Origin: Calditrichia bacterium
Lineage (GTDB): Bacteria > Calditrichota > Calditrichia > RBG-13-44-9 > J075
Reading direction: 5' to 3'
Assembly: GCA_050633245.1 (NCBI GenBank)
Contig: JBOEGD010000007.1
Location: 283,624 to 347,623 of the forward strand
DNA length: 64,000 bases
Below the pieces are notes generated by a model, which was not told where the DNA came from, searched no databases, and worked only from the letters and a program-made list of their open reading frames with translations. Position 1 is the stretch's first letter. The number at the start of each line of letters is the position of its first letter. The translations under genes were made by a program, and so were the position numbers. Positions 19,460 through 29,312 of this stretch are shown piece by piece.

Positions 19460-20659
19460 CTAGGCACGATCATCCACGGCAGTAAGCATCTTTTTTCCCC
19501 TTGCCAAAATACTTAGCAGCGGGTCTGCAATAAGCGCCAGAAAACAGCCGATAACGAAGGCAGTAGCGGCAGCAAGAATTACAATCAAGCCACGCTTCGG
19601 AGAACTCTTTTTTATCGGAGGCACTGCTACATCAAGCACCTGCAGTGTCGGAGTATCGTTCATCTCCTGTAGCTTTATCTGCTCGTATTGTTTGGCAAAA
19701 AACTCGTATAACAGATTTTGTACTTCTACATTTCTTCGCAGGCGAAGATAGTCAAGCCCCAGCTCCGGAAGCCGTTTAAAAGCCGGCAATGCAGGAGCTG
19801 CGCCCTTTGCATGAGGAGTGCCCTGTTGCAGGTCTTTCAGCTTTATTCGAAGTGCCTGAACCTCAAGTTTCTTTTGACGAATCTGAGAGTTTTCGTTTTG
19901 AAAAAGTTGTCTCAATGTATTAAGCTCAACTTCTTTTATAACAACCTGGGTTTCCAGTTCGGCAATTCGCGCAATTGAAGCTTCCACCTGTTCCGGGAGA
20001 GAGAAGATTCCGTAATCTTCACTGAACTTGCGCAGGCTGTCTTCTGCAGCAGCAAGCTCTACTTTGTTAAGATCAAACCGCTTTTCGATAAGAAGACGAT
20101 TATAGGTTGCCTTCTGTGTCTCAAGAGAAACGTTGTACTCATTCAGTTTATTGACAATGAAGTTCGTAACTTCAGAACTTAACTGTTTTGCCTCGGCTTC
20201 TTCGTCGTCCGGGTGAAGCATTGAAGTTTCAACGGAAAAGGCGATATGCAGCATCTCTTCCTCATCCATAAAATAGTCTAAAGATCCATAGTAGCCCTCC
20301 ATGGCTTCTTCGATATCGCTGGATTCGTAGAGAGTCATCAGATCGAAGTTTTCGATGACAGATTCAGCCATTTTTCGGCTTTTAACAATGGCAATAAATT
20401 TGTTCATGGATCCCGACGCATCACCAATACCGCCCAAAATACCTGCCACCGGCAGGTTTAGAGACAGGCTACCGAAAAGTCCGCCTTCATCAACAGGCGG
20501 TAAAATAGTTGCTTGGGAAGTAAATGTTTTAGGCAAGACCAAAACCAGAATGACGGCAAGAACCGAAACGAGTATGGTGTTTACTATAATTGCCCGGAAT
20601 CGCTTGCGTAGCGCAACATAGTATAGAACAGGATCAAAGGATGCGTTATCATTGTTCAT
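19460..20659 (-). CDS. Polysaccharide co-polymerase / chain-length determinant (Wzz/GumC-like, no kinase domain)
   Basis: Two terminal TM helices around a coiled-coil; LPKTFTSQATILPP and VLDVAVPPIKKSSPKR. Confidence 0.85.
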   Translation of the reverse strand: MNNDNASFDPVLYYVALRKRFRAIIVNTILVSVLAVILVLVLPKTFTSQATILPPVDEGGLFGSLSLNLPVAGILGGIGDASGSMNKFIAIVKSRKMAESVIENFDLMTLYESSDIEEAMEGYYGSLDYFMDEEEMLHIAFSVETSMLHPDDEEAEAKQLSSEVTNFIVNKLNEYNVSLETQKATYNRLLIEKRFDLNKVELAAAEDSLRKFSEDYGIFSLPEQVEASIARIAELETQVVIKEVELNTLRQLFQNENSQIRQKKLEVQALRIKLKDLQQGTPHAKGAAPALPAFKRLPELGLDYLRLRRNVEVQNLLYEFFAKQYEQIKLQEMNDTPTLQVLDVAVPPIKKSSPKRGLIVILAAATAFVIGCFLALIADPLLSILARGKKMLTAVDDRA

Positions 20660-20688
20660 GACGAGGCAGGTACTCCGATAGAATAAGT

Positions 20689-21933
20689 TTAGTTCGATGC
20701 ACGAATTAGAGCAAATGCGCTTATTCCGATGCTCACAATCGGCGTAAGTATGGTCAGGTAATCTTTAAATGTTTCTCGTCTTTTTCGCGGAACAACGACA
20801 ATATCACCGTTCCCGACAATCACATTGCTGCCGTTGAGCTTCTCTTTACCACCACTTTTGAGGACATAAATATCATCCAAAGACTTGGCGGTTTCAAGAA
20901 GCCCTGCAAAAGCGGCATAATCTGCAGAAGTATAATTGGCAAGGTAAGGAAGCGCTCCGGGCTGTAAAACTTCTCCCTGGACATAGACTTTGTCCTGCGT
21001 GGAAGGGACAGTTACCCGGTCACCCGTTTGCAGAAGCTCAGTTCTCGCTCCTGAAGAAGGGTCGAGTAAGTTAAAATAAATACGTTCAGGGCCACGGTTC
21101 AGAACAACACTTTCAATATTAGATTTTCGGTTTATCGTTCGAAGTCGAGTCAGAAAAGCGAACAACGTTTCCTTTTTTCTAATTTGGTAAATTCCTTGAG
21201 AGCCAACATTTCCCTCAATAATAGCATAGTTCTTAGAAAGGTCTATAGGGGGCACATAGATCAAGTCTCCACCTCTGAGCAAGAAATTCAGAGTGACATC
21301 TCCCCTTAAATAAAAATCACTAATATTAGCTATTTTCTCCTCTCCGGAGATCGTATTTCTAATGGTTATACGAGTATCATCTCCCCAACCTGCTAACCCG
21401 CCTGCCAGCTCAACAGCATTGCTAATTCTATCTACAGAGCGCAGGTAATACGAACCAGGATTACTGACTTCGCCTGTTACGTGAACCCGGAATTTACGCA
21501 ATCGAACCAAACGGACGGAGAACTTCGAATTTCGAAATGCCTTTTTAAGCTCTGCTTTCAGCAGTGAGGCTCCTTCGGCAAGAGTTTTATCTGCAACGTG
21601 AACTTCTGCCACTTCGGGCAAAATAATATACCCTTCCGGTGAAATAGGAACGGTAAATTGATTATCCAATGTTCCCCAGACTTTAACCAAAAGCTGATCA
21701 CCCGGCCCAAGAATATATTGATCGGGGTCAATTGTTTTTTCGAAACTGGTTTCCAGAAGTTGAGCCTGTGGAAGCACTTGCCCACTGGATCGTTGCAACT
21801 GGTTCACATCCACATCTATTCGCGGAACAGAACTACCGCTGCCTTCGCCTTGAGAACTTTGAGATCTGAGAGGAAGAAAAATGCCGCTTATTACAATTAA
21901 CAGCACCATGATTAAACGGGGGGAACAGAACAT
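20689..21933 (-). CDS. Polysaccharide export protein with SLBB domains (Wza/KpsD-like)
   Basis: YILGPGDQL, ISPEGYIILPEV, repeated V.GEV..PG and GD.I.VP motifs. Confidence 0.85.
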   Translation of the reverse strand: MFCSPRLIMVLLIVISGIFLPLRSQSSQGEGSGSSVPRIDVDVNQLQRSSGQVLPQAQLLETSFEKTIDPDQYILGPGDQLLVKVWGTLDNQFTVPISPEGYIILPEVAEVHVADKTLAEGASLLKAELKKAFRNSKFSVRLVRLRKFRVHVTGEVSNPGSYYLRSVDRISNAVELAGGLAGWGDDTRITIRNTISGEEKIANISDFYLRGDVTLNFLLRGGDLIYVPPIDLSKNYAIIEGNVGSQGIYQIRKKETLFAFLTRLRTINRKSNIESVVLNRGPERIYFNLLDPSSGARTELLQTGDRVTVPSTQDKVYVQGEVLQPGALPYLANYTSADYAAFAGLLETAKSLDDIYVLKSGGKEKLNGSNVIVGNGDIVVVPRKRRETFKDYLTILTPIVSIGISAFALIRASN

Positions 21934-22088
21934 ATTGTACTCTTTAAATTACAATTGCCAAGTTAAAGAAATTACAGCAAATTAGAAAAAAAACACCCTA
22001 TTGAAATAGCGCTCAAATATAGACCCTTTATACAGGTGAAGCAAATTATTTTAGGACTATTTTCGGGGCAAACAATCGAGCTAAATCG

Positions 22089-22877
22089 TTAACCTACACC
22101 AATTTTCAGCTTCTCAACTGCTTCGCGTGCAGCATCTTGCTCAGCGCGTTTCTTGCTCTTTCCTTCTCCAGTGCCCAAGGCTTCGTTGTTCACCCATACT
22201 TCGATGACAAACTGCTTGGCGTGGTCAGGGCCGGTCTCGCGTACTACGCGGTAATTCGGCAGTGAATACCCTTCCCCCTGAGCATATTCTAACAGGATGC
22301 TTTTATAGTTTCGATACATGCCTTTTTGCAGGGTCTTTCCATGATCGTCGAGCAGGTAGGTATGAATAAATTCGTCAGCCATTTGTAATCCCATATCCAA
22401 ATAAATGGCTCCAACGATCGCTTCAAAGGCATCGGCAATAATCGATTTGCGGGTGCGGCCGCCGGTCTTCTCTTCACCACGGTTCATCAAGACCAAATCA
22501 CCGAGATTCATCAGATTTGCCTTGTCGGCAATAACCGGTTTGCTAACTAGCACCGACTTGGCTTTGGACAATTGTCCTTCGCTTTTACCGGGAAAGGTTT
22601 CGTACAAGAATTGGGTAACAACTAAATCCAGAACGGCATCGCCTAAGAATTCCAGCCTTTCGTTGGACTTGATGCGTTTTTCATTGGTGGCATTCAGGTA
22701 GGAACGATGTTTAAGAGCCGTTAAAATTAACGACTCATCGGAAAACGTCAGTTGAAATTGCTTTTGGAAGGCGGCAACAACCGCTTCTTCCGAACGCATT
22801 CCCTCGCGCTTCACCTGCTGTCTATTACCGGCGGGGCTACCGGTAAATCTCGCTTTCAGCCTACGCAGAAACTCCAC
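22089..22877 (-). CDS. rnc: Ribonuclease III
   Basis: Signature NERLEFLGDAVL; DAFEAIVGAIYLD; dsRBD GPDHAK...GKSKKRAEQDAA. Confidence 0.97.
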   Translation of the reverse strand: MEFLRRLKARFTGSPAGNRQQVKREGMRSEEAVVAAFQKQFQLTFSDESLILTALKHRSYLNATNEKRIKSNERLEFLGDAVLDLVVTQFLYETFPGKSEGQLSKAKSVLVSKPVIADKANLMNLGDLVLMNRGEEKTGGRTRKSIIADAFEAIVGAIYLDMGLQMADEFIHTYLLDDHGKTLQKGMYRNYKSILLEYAQGEGYSLPNYRVVRETGPDHAKQFVIEVWVNNEALGTGEGKSKKRAEQDAAREAVEKLKIGVG

Positions 22878-22895
22878 AGAATTAGCCCTATTGCA

Positions 22896-24131
22896 TTAGA
22901 ATTTACTCAAGGAGACACAGGCATTATGCCCACCAAATCCAAAAGTATTTGAAACGACCGCCCGCACTTCGCGCTGATGCGCTTCGTTTGGCGTATAGTT
23001 TAAATCGCATTCCGGATCGGGTGTCTCGTAGTTTATTGTCGGCGGAATCACGTTATTCATTATTGCCAGTGCACTGGCAACAACTTCAACGCCGCCTGCA
23101 GCTCCAAGTAAATGACCGGTCATCGACTTTGTTGAACTGACGTTCAAGCTATCAGCATGATCGCCAAACACAGTGCGAATTGCAGCAGATTCATTTCTAT
23201 CATTAAACGGTGTCGACGTACCGTGGGCATTAACATAATCGATTTCATCCAGATTCAGTCCACCATCCTCAATGCAACGATGCATTGCCCGAACGGCGCC
23301 TTCTCCACCGGGAGCAGGAGCGGTTAAATGATGAGCATCCGCCGTAAACCCTATTCCGCGCAACTCGGCATAGATTTTCGCGCCGCGCTTTTGCGCGTGC
23401 TCAAGCTCTTCGATTACCAGAATACCGGCACCTTCGCCCATCACAAAACCATCGCGGTCACGGTCGAACGGACGGCTTGCGGATTCCGGGCTATCGTTGC
23501 GTGTAGACATCGCTTTCATATTATTGAAGCCAGCTACGCCCATCGGGCAAACGGTTGCTTCCGAACCACCACAGACCATAATATCGGCATCACCATACTT
23601 AACCAGTCGCATTGCATCACCAATTGCATGCGTTCCGGTAGCGCAGGCAGAAACGGTGGCGTAGTTTGGTCCTTTCATGCCGTATTTCATTGAGATCTGT
23701 CCGGCTGCAATATCAGAGATCATCATCGGCACAAAGAAGGGGCTTACTCGTCTTGGTCCACGCTCGATCAATTTACGATGTTCAGCTTCGAAGGTGCTCA
23801 TTCCACCAATTCCCGAGCCAACGACCACACCGGTTCGATACAGATCAATTTTCTCGAGGTCGATTCCCGAGTCAGCTACTGCCTCGTGCGCAGCCATCAT
23901 TGCGAAGATTGTATAGCGATCCATTTTTCGCAGCTCTTTATGGTCAAAATGTGCTTCTGGCTCAAGGCCTTTTACTTCGCAGGCAAATTTGGTTTTGTAG
24001 TCTGTTGTATCAAATAGTGTGATTGGTCCGGCACCACTTTTTCCACTGGTCAGCCCCTGCCAAAACTCGGCTACGGAATTTCCAATAGCGGTAATGGCAC
24101 CCATTCCGGTAATAACAACACGTCTGCTCAT
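22896..24131 (-). CDS. fabF: Beta-ketoacyl-ACP synthase II
   Basis: RRVVITGMG, SACATG, NAHGTST, GHLLGAAG, FGFGGHN; start MSRRVV at 24131 with GAGG RBS. Confidence 0.97.
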   Translation of the reverse strand: MSRRVVITGMGAITAIGNSVAEFWQGLTSGKSGAGPITLFDTTDYKTKFACEVKGLEPEAHFDHKELRKMDRYTIFAMMAAHEAVADSGIDLEKIDLYRTGVVVGSGIGGMSTFEAEHRKLIERGPRRVSPFFVPMMISDIAAGQISMKYGMKGPNYATVSACATGTHAIGDAMRLVKYGDADIMVCGGSEATVCPMGVAGFNNMKAMSTRNDSPESASRPFDRDRDGFVMGEGAGILVIEELEHAQKRGAKIYAELRGIGFTADAHHLTAPAPGGEGAVRAMHRCIEDGGLNLDEIDYVNAHGTSTPFNDRNESAAIRTVFGDHADSLNVSSTKSMTGHLLGAAGGVEVVASALAIMNNVIPPTINYETPDPECDLNYTPNEAHQREVRAVVSNTFGFGGHNACVSLSKF

Positions 24132-24160
24132 GTATGATCCTCTAAACTGGTAAACTTGGC

Positions 24161-24205
24161 AAAAAAAAGGCGCCGCCGACACAGGGGTCGGCGGCGCAGA
24201 AAAAA
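24161..24205 (-). terminator. Terminator / REP-like hairpin between acpP and fabF
   Basis: GCGCCGCCGAC-ACAGGG-GTCGGCGGCGC (24170-24197); the A8 at 24161-24168 gives a U-tract on the minus strand. Confidence 0.8.
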
Positions 24206-24215
24206 TCAGGCGGGA

Positions 24216-24458
24216 TTACTCACCATCTTTGATTTTACCGCTCAGATATGTAACCGCACTGCGTACAGTTGCAATCTTTTGGGCATCATCATCCGGAATT
24301 TCTACTTCAAACTCTTCTTCGAAAGCCATTACCAGCTCTACAGTGTCTAAAGAGTCTGCGCCAAGATCATCAATGAAATGTGCATCTTCTTTTACTTTTT
24401 CCGGGGCTACGCCCAGCTTATCGATAATAATGTCGCGTACTTTGTCTTCTAAGGACAT
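24216..24458 (-). CDS. acpP: Acyl carrier protein
   Basis: [20 protein letters not shown]; GGAGG RBS. Confidence 0.98.
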   Translation of the reverse strand: MSLEDKVRDIIIDKLGVAPEKVKEDAHFIDDLGADSLDTVELVMAFEEEFEVEIPDDDAQKIATVRSAVTYLSGKIKDGE

Positions 24459-24624
24459 AATTGCCTCCTTGTGTTTTAACCAGGCAGATACTTACTGCTC
24501 CGCCGACTCAGTTAATTTTCGAATATATTAATCATTTACTTGTTGTGCACTCGAAACTCCGAACCGACGGTAGCTATATATTATACCGACTTTTTATCGC
24601 GGAGTCACTACTTTCATAAAATAA

Positions 24625-25368
24625 TCAGGACATTACCATTCCACCGTCCACATTCATTACCTGACCGGTGATGTAGCTTGAGGCGTCACTCGACAGAAAA
24701 GCAACCATTTGAGCCACCTCTTCAGGTGTGCCAAATCGGCCTAATGGAATTTGCCCCATCATGGTGTCGCGTACCTTGTCGTCAAGCACATCTGTCATAT
24801 CGGTTTCAATAAACCCCGGTGCCACGGCGTTACATGTAATGCCACGGGAAGACAGCTCCCGAGCCACAGACTTGGTCATACCAATCATACCAGCTTTAGA
24901 CGCAGCATAGTTTACCTGCCCGGCATTTCCGATTAACCCAACCACAGATGTAATATTCACAATGCGCCCGGAACGTTGTTTCATCATTTGACGCGTAACG
25001 GATTTGATGGTATTGAATGCGCCCTTAAGATTAATATTAATGACGGCATCCCAATCTTCTTCTTTCATGCGCATCATCAGATTATCACGCGTCACTCCGG
25101 CGTTATTTACCAACACATCAACCCGCTCGTGAGTCTCAACCGTGGCGCGAATAAGCTCTGCGGCGTCTGCCATTACAGAGACATCCCCAATAACTGCCGA
25201 AGCGGCTCCACCGGCTGCTTCAATCTCTTTACGTACGCCTTCGGCACGTTCCGCATTGCGACCGGAAACAACTACCGTTGCCCCCTGTCCGGCAAGGTGC
25301 AAGGCGATGCTTCGACCAATTCCGCGCGTCGACCCCGTAACGATGGCAACCTTATTTGACAAATTCAA
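24625..25368 (-). CDS. fabG: 3-oxoacyl-ACP reductase
   Basis: TGSTRGIG, NNAGVTRD, YAASK, VAPGFIETDMT. Confidence 0.97.
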   Translation of the reverse strand: MNLSNKVAIVTGSTRGIGRSIALHLAGQGATVVVSGRNAERAEGVRKEIEAAGGAASAVIGDVSVMADAAELIRATVETHERVDVLVNNAGVTRDNLMMRMKEEDWDAVININLKGAFNTIKSVTRQMMKQRSGRIVNITSVVGLIGNAGQVNYAASKAGMIGMTKSVARELSSRGITCNAVAPGFIETDMTDVLDDKVRDTMMGQIPLGRFGTPEEVAQMVAFLSSDASSYITGQVMNVDGGMVMS

Positions 25369-25478
25369 TTTGCTTCCCCTTTACACATTAATTGAAGCTG
25401 AATTTCAAGCAAAACAATCTATTGATCAGCGTGCAAATTCGCAACTTAAAAATACAGCTCTGCCTCGCGTTGACGGCG

Positions 25479-26399
25479 TTAGTTAGGCAAATCTTCGAGC
25501 GTTCCGGCAGGTTTACATACATACTCACGGTTGGTGCGTTTTAGCAAACCCTGTAGCACTTTGCCCGGACCAACTTCATAAAAGTCACCATATCCATCGG
25601 CAATCATATTATTCAAAATGCTCTCCCAGCGCACCGGAGACATAAGCTGACGTTTTAAGAGCTCTCGAATCTTTTCGGGATCGGTTGTCGCAGTCGCTTC
25701 CACATTACTGTAAACCGCAACAGTTGGTGTTTCGACAGTCACATTTTGCAGTGCCTCTTCCAATCCCCGGAGTGCATCGCCCATAAGCGGCGAATGAAAT
25801 GCCCCGCTCACAACAAGCTCTTTAGCCATACGCGCACCTTTTTCTTTTGCAAGTGCCATCGCGCGATGAACCGCGGGCACATGACCTGAAATAACAACCT
25901 GCCCCGGCGAGTTAAAGTTCGCCGGTTGCACCAGATCGCTTTCGGACTCGCTGGCTTCCTTACAAATCGCTTCAATGTCATCCGGCTGCATGCCGATTAT
26001 AGCAGCCATTGTGCCGGGATTCTTTTCACCAGCAACTTGCATGAGCTCACCGCGAATCTTTACCAGCTTTACCCCATCTTCAAAGTTAATCGCCCCTGCA
26101 CTAACCAACGCGGAATATTCGCCAAGGCTATGACCGGCAGTCGCCGTTGGGCTTATCCCCTTCTCTTTCATCAGGCGATCCATCACAACGCTATGCACAA
26201 AAATTGCGGGCTGAGTATACTGCGTTTGTTTGAGTGTCTCTTCCGGACCTTCAAAACTATAGTCCCGAAGGGGAAAGTCCAAAATTTCTTCTGCTCGCTT
26301 GAACATTTCCTTTGCCGGGGCCGAATTGGCATACACATCTTTAGCCATGCCAACAAACTGCGATCCCTGTCCGGGAAACAAAAAGACTGTTTTACTCAT
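25479..26399 (-). CDS. fabD: Malonyl-CoA:ACP transacylase
   Basis: FPGQGSQ, GHSLGEY, SGAFHS, EVGPG. Confidence 0.97.
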   Translation of the reverse strand: MSKTVFLFPGQGSQFVGMAKDVYANSAPAKEMFKRAEEILDFPLRDYSFEGPEETLKQTQYTQPAIFVHSVVMDRLMKEKGISPTATAGHSLGEYSALVSAGAINFEDGVKLVKIRGELMQVAGEKNPGTMAAIIGMQPDDIEAICKEASESESDLVQPANFNSPGQVVISGHVPAVHRAMALAKEKGARMAKELVVSGAFHSPLMGDALRGLEEALQNVTVETPTVAVYSNVEATATTDPEKIRELLKRQLMSPVRWESILNNMIADGYGDFYEVGPGKVLQGLLKRTNREYVCKPAGTLEDLPN

Positions 26400-26520
26400 A
26401 ACGATTTCATTCTCCTGCAATACCACATGCGGTGGCGGGAAATTTCCCGGCCATCGCAGTGAATAAGTCGTATCAAATTATTTTAGAGCTGCCGTTGGCA
26501 GCATTTTCGACGGGTATAGA

Positions 26521-27513
26521 TTAGAGTGCCCAGCGAAGCAAACAACTTCCCCAGGTAAATCCTGCTCCAAAAGCGGCCATTACAATATTGTCGCCCTTTT
26601 TAAGTTTGTTTTCGCGGTAAATCTCAGAGAGCGCAATTGGAATGGTTCCGGCAGTGGTATTACCATATCGGTCAATATTTATCACGACCTGATCTTCACG
26701 AAGTCCCATACGCTTTGCTGCAGCATCAATAATGCGCTTGTTGGCCTGATGCGGGATAAAGAAGTTTACATCTTCACCGGTCAGTCCGTTTTTTTCAAGA
26801 ATTTCAGCTGAGACATCAGCCATTCGAGAAACGGCAAACTTATACACGGTGCGACCATCCTGATAGATGTAGTGTAATTTATCCTCGACGGTCTTGTGCG
26901 TTGCAGGGTGCAAACTGCCGCCGCCCATCATATACAGATAGTCTTTTCCGGATCCATCGCTACGTAAAATAGAATCCTGCAAACCCAGCGTCTCATCATC
27001 AGAGGGTTCGAGAAGCACAGCGCCACCACCGTCTCCGAAAAGAATACAGGTAGAACGATTGGTATAATCCAGGATCGCAGACATTTTATCGGCACCGACA
27101 ACTAAAACCTTCTTGTGCATACCGCTTTCAATAAATTGGGCTCCGGTGGTAAGCGCATATAAAAAGCCGCTACAGGCGCCATTTAGATCCATTCCCCAGG
27201 CATTTGTAGCACCAACTTGCTCTTGCAAACGACAGGAGCTGCTGGGAAAGAGTGTATCTGGTGTAACGGTTGCAAAAATAATCAGATCAACATCATCCGG
27301 GGAATCGCTTCGATCTGCAAAGAGCATCTCGGTCGCCTTTACACCCATATAAGAAGCCCCTAAAGATGCTTCAAGAATACGACGTTCGCGGATGCCTGTT
27401 CTCGAGACAATCCACTCATCATCTGTCTCAACAATCTTCTCTAATTCTTTATTGGTTAACACCTTTGGAGGAACATAATGTCCTACGCCGGTGATGACTG
27501 CTTTTCGTCCCAT
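26521..27513 (-). CDS. fabH: Beta-ketoacyl-ACP synthase III
   Basis: GACSGF, FGDG, PHQAN, GNT, AFGAGFTWG. Confidence 0.97.
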   Translation of the reverse strand: MGRKAVITGVGHYVPPKVLTNKELEKIVETDDEWIVSRTGIRERRILEASLGASYMGVKATEMLFADRSDSPDDVDLIIFATVTPDTLFPSSSCRLQEQVGATNAWGMDLNGACSGFLYALTTGAQFIESGMHKKVLVVGADKMSAILDYTNRSTCILFGDGGGAVLLEPSDDETLGLQDSILRSDGSGKDYLYMMGGGSLHPATHKTVEDKLHYIYQDGRTVYKFAVSRMADVSAEILEKNGLTGEDVNFFIPHQANKRIIDAAAKRMGLREDQVVINIDRYGNTTAGTIPIALSEIYRENKLKKGDNIVMAAFGAGFTWGSCLLRWAL

Positions 27514-28520
27514 TCGGCTTCCCTTTCACCAAGTGCGTCTTCAATATGTTTATTAATCTGATTATCACCCATTCTACGCGCGACGCGGATTGCGTTCTTT
27601 AATGCTTTTGGAGATGAACTTCCGTGGCAAATAATAGAAATCCCATCAACACCTAAAAGTGGAATGCCGCCGTATTCCTCGTAGTCGAATCCCTGTTTCA
27701 ATTTACGCAATGCGGGCCGCAATAACAGGCCACCAATTTTGGAGGTAAAATTTTCTGAAATGGACTGCTTGAGTGAGTTTTGGAAGTGGCCAGCAATTCC
27801 CTCAGCAAACTTGAGAACAACATTCCCGGTAAAGCCGTCGGTTACAACGACATTTACGTCGCCGTTTAGCACGTCTCGTCCCTCGACATTGCCGGTAAAA
27901 TTGGGTAGACTTTTACTGAGGAGTTCATAAGAGGCGGCTGCGAGTTCATTGCCTTTAGATTTTTCAGCGCCGATATTCAGCAAACCAACCTTCGGAGAAT
28001 CGATTCCATAGGTCATTCCCATGTAAATCGAGCCCATCAAACCAAATTGAAGAAGATGGAGTGGTTTGCAATCTGAATTTGCGCCCACGTCTATCAGCAG
28101 CGTTACGCCCCCTTTTTCGGAAGGAATAAATGCACCAAGCGACGGCCTGCTTACACCTTTTACACGCCCTAGAGTGAATAGGCTGGAAGCCATCTGAGCT
28201 CCGGTGCTGCCTGCACTTACGAAGGCATCTGCTTCACCGTCCTTTTGAAGACGGGTTCCCTTAACCATTGAAGAATCTTTTTTCTGCCGCACCGCAGTAG
28301 TGGGCTGATCATTCATATCAATAACTTCGGAGGCGTGAATAATTTTGATGCGGGGTGAGGGCTTTTGACGGGAATCAGCAATAGCCTTCTCTATCGCGGC
28401 TTTATCACCAACGAGAAGAAGCTCATCATTTGTATTCGATTCCTTATCATACAAAAGCGCCCCTTGAACAGGGGCGTTTGGTGCATGATCGCCACCCATG
28501 GCGTCAATTACAATTCGCAC
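27483..28520 (-). CDS. plsX: Phosphate acyltransferase
   Basis: DAMGGDHAP, SAGSTGA, DGFTGNV, CHGSS. Confidence 0.97.
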   Translation of the reverse strand: MRIVIDAMGGDHAPNAPVQGALLYDKESNTNDELLLVGDKAAIEKAIADSRQKPSPRIKIIHASEVIDMNDQPTTAVRQKKDSSMVKGTRLQKDGEADAFVSAGSTGAQMASSLFTLGRVKGVSRPSLGAFIPSEKGGVTLLIDVGANSDCKPLHLLQFGLMGSIYMGMTYGIDSPKVGLLNIGAEKSKGNELAAASYELLSKSLPNFTGNVEGRDVLNGDVNVVVTDGFTGNVVLKFAEGIAGHFQNSLKQSISENFTSKIGGLLLRPALRKLKQGFDYEEYGGIPLLGVDGISIICHGSSSPKALKNAIRVARRMGDNQINKHIEDALGEREAEWDEKQSSPA

Positions 28521-28545
28521 GTATCAGGTTTCCTTTAGCGTAAGA

Positions 28546-28731
28546 TTATTCTTCGCCTGCAGTTACCTTTTGACCTTTATAGTAGCCACAGTGCGGGCAA
28601 GCATGATGCGGCAAGCGTTGCTCATTACAGTTCGGGCATTCGCTCAACGAACGGGCGCTTAGTGCTCCCAACCATTGTGCTTTACGTTTATCACGCTTCG
28701 ATTTCGACGTTTTACGTTTTGGATTTGCCAT
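28546..28731 (-). CDS. rpmF: 50S ribosomal protein L32 (Zn-ribbon type)
   Basis: MANPKRKTSKSKRDKR, CPNC...HHACPHCGYY. Confidence 0.97.
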   Translation of the reverse strand: MANPKRKTSKSKRDKRKAQWLGALSARSLSECPNCNEQRLPHHACPHCGYYKGQKVTAGEE

Positions 28732-28765
28732 CGATTCATCTCCTGATTCAATACTTACTATCTTT

Positions 28766-29260
28766 TTATTTTAGCAGTTCTTTTAATTTTTCCCAACGTG
28801 GGTCAATCTTCACCTCACCGCAGCCACATTCTTCCGGTTGTGAGTTCAAATTCGAACCACATTCTGCACAGAGGCCGCGGCAATCGTCCTTACATACCAA
28901 CTTCATGGGACGACTTAACAATAGCTGTTCAAAAATGCGATCGGAAAAATCGAACTCCACGGTTTCATTGGGGACATTGATAACGTCCTCTTCATTGGTT
29001 CCGATAAGATCTTCACCCACCTGTAACATCTGATGAAAAGACTCTTTCAGCGGTTGTTCAAATGGCTCTACGCAGCGATCACAGGTAAAATGAGCCGTGG
29101 TTTCGATTTCAACATCGCAACCTAAAGTAGCTCCGGATCGATTGACGCGCGCGCCGATCTGAATAGGATGGGGGTAATTCTCCGCTTCTCCACCTACAGC
29201 GCTCATTTCACTCTCAAAGTGATGTTCGCCGTCTTTTAAATGTAACACAGGTATTTTCAT
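28766..29260 (-). CDS. yceD: DUF177 / YceD 23S rRNA accumulation protein
   Basis: CDRC, CKDDCRGLCAECG, DPRWEKL; directly upstream of rpmF. Confidence 0.92.
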   Translation of the reverse strand: MKIPVLHLKDGEHHFESEMSAVGGEAENYPHPIQIGARVNRSGATLGCDVEIETTAHFTCDRCVEPFEQPLKESFHQMLQVGEDLIGTNEEDVINVPNETVEFDFSDRIFEQLLLSRPMKLVCKDDCRGLCAECGSNLNSQPEECGCGEVKIDPRWEKLKELLK

Positions 29261-29271
29261 AACAATCGAGT

Positions 29272-29300
29272 AAGTTAGAGCAAAGTGCTTATTTTGTCAA
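29272..29300 (-). promoter_or_regulatory. Promoter of the yceD-rpmF-plsX-fab operon
   Basis: TTGACA-17 bp-TAACTT on the minus strand. Confidence 0.7.
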
Positions 29301-29312
29301 GCGCTTTATCAA

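Noticed and set aside
21934-22088. ops/JUMPstart antitermination element ahead of the polysaccharide operon
   Set aside because: No GGCGGTAG-like motif found on the minus strand.
27483-27513. 31-nt plsX/fabH overlap as a frameshift or fusion
   Set aside because: Both proteins are full length and fabH has its own RBS-like sequence; an ordinary operon overlap.
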